Shown piece after piece: positions 28,791-33,366 of a DNA stretch of 33,366 bases. The notes beneath the pieces were generated by a model. The model did no database searches. It had not been told where the DNA came from and worked only from the letters and a program-made list of their open reading frames with translations. The stretch is from the IMG/VR virus record IMGVR_UViG_3300033067_002516, positions 1 to 33,366 of that record; one strand, given 5' to 3'. The position numbers and the translations under genes were made by a program. The stretch is from a virus. Taxonomy: Duplodnaviria; Caudoviricetes. Positions within the stretch are counted from its first letter, which is position 1. Every line of letters begins with the position of its first letter.

Positions 28791-29249
28791 TTAAACTCCA
28801 ATATATTTTTCAAAATTTAATTTTATGTATTTTTCTATCTTACTAAAATCAGGATCAGAATCTACAGGAACAGTAATTTTTAATATTAAACTATTGTGAT
28901 TAATAATTTGATCTTCTGTGCCAAATATAAATTCTTCTCCAAATCTATCATAAGGTTCAAACTCCAATAAAAGTCTTGGTTTAAAATAAAATCTCAAAGA
29001 ATATTTTTTAATTTTTTTATCGGTTTTGTCTCTATAAAATTCATAAAAATGATAAAAAATTTCATAATTTTTATCAAATAAAATATTATCATTAATATCA
29101 TTATAAAATATTTCTTTATGATATATTTTTTTTGTTATAATATCAAAAAAATCTTTATTATAAATTAATTTATTTAAAAAATATTCATCTTCTGGAGATA
29201 AATTAATGTTCTTTTTTAATAAATTAATGGATTGTAGGTGGATTTTCAC
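28791..29249 (-). CDS. Hypothetical protein, paralog B
   Basis: FLNKLIYNKDFFD and LLLEFEPYDRFGE; GTG start. Confidence 0.7.
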   Translation of the reverse strand: MKIHLQSINLLKKNINLSPEDEYFLNKLIYNKDFFDIITKKIYHKEIFYNDINDNILFDKNYEIFYHFYEFYRDKTDKKIKKYSLRFYFKPRLLLEFEPYDRFGEEFIFGTEDQIINHNSLILKITVPVDSDPDFSKIEKYIKLNFEKYIGV

Positions 29250-29288
29250 AGAGGTATTTTAACTCTTATTTTTTTTAATAACTTATAA

Positions 29289-29594
29289 TTAAGTTTTGTT
29301 CTTTTTATTTTCATGAATATTATTTATAAATTGTATCTTGGCTTGGTGCAATAAATCCCAAACATCATCGTGTGGATTATGTCGTTCTTCATTCCCATTA
29401 TAAGAATCATAATTATCAATTTGACTCATTGCTTTTTCTATAGAAGAAATTACATCTCTTTGTTTTATTTCCTCCCATGTCATAGGTTCAATACCAGTGA
29501 CAACATTATTTTCAATAATTAATTTTTTATCGATCATGTCTATAAGTTTAACTAATTTTAATCCTTCTACTTTGTGTGTATTTTTATTTTTCAT
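29289..29594 (-). CDS. Hypothetical protein
   Basis: 101 aa in a tightly packed minus-strand operon. Confidence 0.6.
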   Translation of the reverse strand: MKNKNTHKVEGLKLVKLIDMIDKKLIIENNVVTGIEPMTWEEIKQRDVISSIEKAMSQIDNYDSYNGNEERHNPHDDVWDLLHQAKIQFINNIHENKKNKT

Positions 29595-29596
29595 TT

Positions 29597-30232
29597 TTAT
29601 TTTATATTTTGATATTCTTCAACAATTTTTAATTCATTAATTAATGTTTGTAAATTTTCAATATCAACTGGGATTTTTGAAATAACACAATCAGTAATTA
29701 AATAATTTGAATTATTTATATTAGAAATATACGTTTCAAAATTCATAGAATCATGAATTAAAAATTCTTTTAAAGTTGGGTCTTTTAAATTATATTTAAT
29801 TCCACTAAAATTACAATCATTTACCTGATATTTTTTTCCATAATAATCATAATCAAATTCTATTAATAATTGATTAATATCTAAACTTAATTTTTCTGAC
29901 ATAACTAATACTGTTTTATGTTTGTCTAAGTTAAATATTTTAAATACTTGAATTTTATATTCTTTTATTAATTTAATAATTTGTTTTAGTTTATTTATTT
30001 TCTGTTTAGAAAATAATAATTTATTATTCCCAATTATAGATATACAATTATTTAAATATATACCAGAAATTATATATAAAAAAATATCACAAATAATAGG
30101 TTTTTCTTTGATAAAAAATATAAAAGTTAAACTAATTATAAATCCAAATATATATTTACAAAATTCTTTTATTACCTTTTTCTTTTTATTCTTCAAATCA
30201 TCAAGAAGATTTGGTGTTATAATAATATCCAT
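29597..30232 (-). CDS. Hypothetical membrane protein (two N-terminal TM segments)
   Basis: YIFGFIISLTFIFFI and IFLYIISGIYL; LLIEFDYDYYGK weakly echoes paralogs A/B. Confidence 0.6.
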   Translation of the reverse strand: MDIIITPNLLDDLKNKKKKVIKEFCKYIFGFIISLTFIFFIKEKPIICDIFLYIISGIYLNNCISIIGNNKLLFSKQKINKLKQIIKLIKEYKIQVFKIFNLDKHKTVLVMSEKLSLDINQLLIEFDYDYYGKKYQVNDCNFSGIKYNLKDPTLKEFLIHDSMNFETYISNINNSNYLITDCVISKIPVDIENLQTLINELKIVEEYQNIK

Positions 30233-30546
30233 TATTTTTTTGGATTTAAATAATAATATTCAACCGTAAATTCTTGTTTATCTTCAGATAAATAAATTTT
30301 ATTTATTTGTGGAGTTGTTTTTGGATTTTCAACTCCAAAAGTAAATCCATAAATAAAATTTTTAAATATTTTTATAATAAATTCATCTGTTTCTGAATTT
30401 AAATCTATATTATATTTAAATTTCTGACAATAATTATAAAGTTCATTAATTTTATAATTTCTTGTTTCATAAATAAATTCTTTTTTTGTCTCCTGAATTG
30501 ATTTTAATTCAGAAATAATTTCTTGATAATTTAGTGTGTTGTTCAT
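30232..30546 (-). CDS. Hypothetical protein
   Basis: 104 aa, overlapping starts/stops with neighbours. Confidence 0.6.
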   Translation of the reverse strand: MNNTLNYQEIISELKSIQETKKEFIYETRNYKINELYNYCQKFKYNIDLNSETDEFIIKIFKNFIYGFTFGVENPKTTPQINKIYLSEDKQEFTVEYYYLNPKK

Positions 30547-30923
30547 TTTTTCTTTTTGTTTTTATTTTCTTTTCTTCGTCTTTTTTTATTCTCATTAATT
30601 TGTTTAGATAATTTTTCTTTATTTTTTGCATAGTATTTGCGATAGTATGCATTACACTTGTCAGGGTTATCTAATTTCCATTGTCTTTTTCTTTGCTTTT
30701 TCAATTCCTCTTTCAAAATAAAAATTTGAATATCTGGGGGATAAATATATTTTAGAATATAATTTTTATTGATGATAAAATCATCATCTGAATCTAAATA
30801 TAATATTGTACAAATTGCTTTATTATTTTTTATCTCCTTTTTTGTTTTTAACAGATTGTCCAATAATAAGGTGTTTATTTTTCTTAACAGATAAGTAGGT
30901 AGTCTTTGGTTTTCGAATATCAT
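30543..30923 (-). CDS. Basic hypothetical protein
   Basis: Likely start MIFENQ at 30923; KRQWKLDNPDKCNAYYRKYYAKNKEKL basic helical repeat. Confidence 0.55.
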   Translation of the reverse strand: MIFENQRLPTYLLRKINTLLLDNLLKTKKEIKNNKAICTILYLDSDDDFIINKNYILKYIYPPDIQIFILKEELKKQRKRQWKLDNPDKCNAYYRKYYAKNKEKLSKQINENKKRRRKENKNKKKK

Positions 30924-31131
30924 TATTTTTATTTTTTTGGACTTCAGGTTTAATTCCGGAATCAAAATCATGTTGCAAATAATCAATAATTTGTTGTTTG
31001 GTGATGTGTCTGATTATACATCCAATAATCTTTGACATTGAGTGATTGGTTTGATTTTTGAAATCGTGGATCATCTGGAGTTCTTCTTGTGTGAGCACAA
31101 ATGAGGAAATAATTTTGTTTTTAATTTTCAT
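30823..31131 (-). CDS. Putative ribbon-helix-helix DNA-binding protein
   Basis: IISSFVLTQEELQMIHDFKNQTNHSMSKIIGCII fits the RHH strand-helix-helix pattern; first gene of the operon. Confidence 0.5.
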   Translation of the reverse strand: MKIKNKIISSFVLTQEELQMIHDFKNQTNHSMSKIIGCIIRHITKQQIIDYLQHDFDSGIKPEVQKNKNNDIRKPKTTYLSVKKNKHLIIGQSVKNKKGDKK

Positions 31132-31231
31132 CTTCGTTTATTTTTAAATAAATATAGAAAAATAATTTAAAAATTCAACTTTTAGAAAATTTATTTATAT
31201 TTATTATTAACAACAAAAAAACAAACAAATT

Positions 31232-31504
31232 ATGGGCGAAGGAACAAGTTTTCAAATTGAATTTAATAAATATACAATTGAAGAAGATATTCAATTCATG
31301 GAAGATGTTATTAATGAATTGCTTGACGAAGAGAATTATGAATTAATTGAATGGCACCAAAAATTATTAGAGGATATTTTTGCTTATCAAAGGGGAGAAA
31401 AATTTACAGAAGATCAATTTTTCATGATTAAGTTCAAATTATTAAAAGTTAGAATTGACAAAAATATTAAACAAAAGAAAAATAAATTAAACGAAGATGA
31501 ATAA
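31232..31504 (+). CDS. Hypothetical protein
   Basis: 90 aa, first gene of the operon leading to terminase. Confidence 0.6.
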   Translation: MGEGTSFQIEFNKYTIEEDIQFMEDVINELLDEENYELIEWHQKLLEDIFAYQRGEKFTEDQFFMIKFKLLKVRIDKNIKQKKNKLNEDE

Positions 31505-31970
31505 ATTAATTATTATTATGGTGTTATGCGGTATTTTATATTATTATATTGCTGAATGGTTTACATGGAGAAGTCCATTTATAAACAAATTAAGAAACAA
31601 ATATAAATTTCTTAAAAATAAACCTTGGTCTTGCACTAAATGTATTGCAACCTGGTTAATGATTTTTACATTATATTATTTTTCAGAAAATAATATATAT
31701 TGGTATTTGATTAATATTGTAATTGCATTTATGTACTTCTGTATGGTTAAATTTTTCTCTGAATATCGACAGCCAAAAATTTTATTATTATCAGAAGATA
31801 AAAATTCAAAGTATGAATATATAACATCTGAATTTTTGGATATAAATGCTGATGAAAAATATAAATTAATTATAAAGGTTGATGGAAGAGAAATAGTTAA
31901 TTCAGATTTCAATTCAGATAATGATCGGATAGAATATATTAATGATTGGAACATAATATTTAAAAAATAA
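31497..31970 (+). CDS. Membrane protein with CxxC (DUF1360-like)
   Basis: KPWSCTKCIATW flanked by TM segments. Confidence 0.6.
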   Translation: MNKLIIIMVLCGILYYYIAEWFTWRSPFINKLRNKYKFLKNKPWSCTKCIATWLMIFTLYYFSENNIYWYLINIVIAFMYFCMVKFFSEYRQPKILLLSEDKNSKYEYITSEFLDINADEKYKLIIKVDGREIVNSDFNSDNDRIEYINDWNIIFKK

Positions 31971-31985
31971 TAAAACAAAATAAAA

Positions 31986-32357
31986 ATGATACTAAAATAC
32001 GACACTTATTCAGAAGATGAATTTGAACAAATGCGAGAAAAATTAAAAGCCTATTGTGATCGTCTTGATCGTGGCGAAACAATTGGTGAAAGAGGAGGAG
32101 TTTTGGAATTTTTTCGGTTATACAATACAGTGGTAACAACTTATGCCAATTTCGGGTATGAAAAAGTTCCTGAAAGTGATTGTTCATCTTGCACAAAAAG
32201 ACTCCGTTCAAATATTCATAATTATTTTACATTTTTCCCAATAATTGAAAAAACTATAAACAATGACAGCACAAACAGAGAGCAACAATTCGATGGAAAT
32301 CAATCAAGCCAGGAAAATAAACCAACTAAGCAAAGAGGTCGTCCGAAAAAAGATTAA
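31986..32357 (+). CDS. CxxC protein with C-terminal AT-hook-like RGRP motif
   Basis: SDCSSCTKR and KQRGRPKK; precedes TerS. Confidence 0.65.
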   Translation: MILKYDTYSEDEFEQMREKLKAYCDRLDRGETIGERGGVLEFFRLYNTVVTTYANFGYEKVPESDCSSCTKRLRSNIHNYFTFFPIIEKTINNDSTNREQQFDGNQSSQENKPTKQRGRPKKD

Positions 32358-32868
32358 AAATTTTAATCCTCACTATAATGAGAATGGTAAACTAATTGGT
32401 ATCTCAAAAAAGAAAGAAAAGAGACATGAATTATGTTTAACTGATTTTAATTTAACCAGGTTTGATTTTATATTGGATTTAATTGCGACAGGAAAATCAA
32501 GAAGAGAAATTTTACAAATTTTTGCAAAGAAATTTGATTTAAAATTAACCACTTCTTCAAATTATTATGTTTCTGCTATGAGATATATTAAAGATCAGAA
32601 TGCTGCAGACCGAGATTTTATCAGAGATAAATACGAATTAATGTTAATGTCTCTATTCCAAACAGCCATCGAAAATGGAAATAATTCTGAAGCTCATAGA
32701 TTAATGCAAACATTAATTAAATTGAATGGTGTTTCAGAACCAGAAAAAAGAGAAACATTAACAAAATTTGAATTCAAATTTAATACTTTAACTCCACCGC
32801 CAAACAAGCCAAGTGATATAAAATTTGATGTTGAAGATGTAGATTTTGAGGAGGATAATGATGGGTGA
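32263..32868 (+). CDS. terS: Terminase small subunit (putative)
   Basis: HTH-like ILDLIATGKSRREILQIFAKKFDL, helical middle and LNGVSEPEK; overlaps the TerL start. Confidence 0.65.
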   Translation: MTAQTESNNSMEINQARKINQLSKEVVRKKIKNFNPHYNENGKLIGISKKKEKRHELCLTDFNLTRFDFILDLIATGKSRREILQIFAKKFDLKLTTSSNYYVSAMRYIKDQNAADRDFIRDKYELMLMSLFQTAIENGNNSEAHRLMQTLIKLNGVSEPEKRETLTKFEFKFNTLTPPPNKPSDIKFDVEDVDFEEDNDG

Positions 32869-33366
32869 AAATAAAAAAGAAATTATTGGATTTTCACCAC
32901 ATGCTGGACAAAAAAAAATAATTGATGAAATGTTGGTTAAATTTGAAGAGGCTTATTTTTTGGGTAAAAATAAATCACATTTTGTTTTGAATTTGGGCAG
33001 GTCTTGGGGAAAAACAACATCAGTTGTTCAACTCGGATGTTATATCTGCATAAATTATGATAATAATAATATATTATATATTTCCCCCACATTCAAATTA
33101 GCAAAGAAAGTGTTTAGGGATTTTATGGTTAGTGTTGAAGGAGCAGAATTTATTAAAAATATAAATAAAACTGATTTAATTATAACTTTTTATAATAATA
33201 ATCAAATTAAATTTGGTTCGAGTGAAAATCCAACTGCTCATCGTGGTGACAATTCAAATTCTGTTCTAATTTTAGATGAGACTGCGTTTATTCAGGAAGA
33301 AATGTGGTATGATGTCATGCAACCAGCAATGAACACCAGGGGTAAGTTATGTATTTTTATTTCTAC
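32858..33366 (+). CDS. terL: Terminase large subunit, 3' truncated
   Basis: My translation shows FSPHAGQ (Q motif), GRSWGKT (Walker A), LILDE (Walker B) and FIS at the window end; absent from the track because it has no stop. Confidence 0.92.
   Translation, partial: MMGENKKEIIGFSPHAGQKKIIDEMLVKFEEAYFLGKNKSHFVLNLGRSWGKTTSVVQLGCYICINYDNNNILYISPTFKLAKKVFRDFMVSVEGAEFIKNINKTDLIITFYNNNQIKFGSSENPTAHRGDNSNSVLILDETAFIQEEMWYDVMQPAMNTRGKLCIFIS

Larger units (their letters stand above)
1..33366. mobile_element. Tailed dsDNA bacteriophage (Caudoviricetes, siphovirus-like), probable Bacteroidota host, near-complete and circularly permuted
   Basis: TerS/TerL, portal, capsid, protease, tail tube, tape measure and holin are present. 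Starts are AT-rich and mostly lack SD motifs. TAnnTTTG promoter elements, a VirE_N-like protein and a lipoprotein with C-KKEE point to Bacteroidota. No host genes seen. Confidence 0.93.

Noticed and set aside
28301-28800. Integron cassettes (GTTTAAC fits RYYYAAC at gene ends)
   Set aside because: No attC hairpin follows 28790 because the next gene starts 20 bp later, and there is no IntI
1787-32211. Short antisense or out-of-frame track ORFs (e.g. 5447..5845, 13825..14049, 16403..16627, 27151..27348, 31676..32005)
   Set aside because: They are shadows of longer well-supported genes or low-complexity AT-rich frames with no motifs
1-33366. Alternative genetic code or tRNA genes
   Set aside because: Core genes are intact under the standard bacterial code and I saw no cloverleaf-like sequence

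Overview
The window is a very AT-rich tailed dsDNA phage genome, probably siphovirus-like and infecting Bacteroidota. It looks nearly complete but is cut inside TerL (right end) and inside a tail-assembly-chaperone-like gene (left end). It contains a tail module with tape measure, an inserted replication/accessory island (VirE_N/BT4734-like primase-HTH, Trp-repeat protein, lipoprotein), XkdF-type protease-scaffold, major capsid, two tail-tube paralogs, a long fibre, portal, adaptor, holin, a sigma-70-like factor, a PD-(D/E)XK nuclease and TerS/TerL. I recognise no integrase, DNA polymerase, helicase or endolysin. Four signals stand out. (1) A ~1 kb non-coding locus holds 17 copies of a gapped motif GGASTTNNAC in both orientations, and at least 17 more copies lie inside genes across the genome. 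(2) A XerCD dif-like site sits inside that array. (3) An [ST][GA]x[ST] sequon is enriched in surface virion proteins but not internal ones. (4) An in-frame inverted-repeat (ori-like) insert lies in the primase gene and is missing from its tandem HTH paralog. Functional calls come from motif recognition by eye and all counts are manual.
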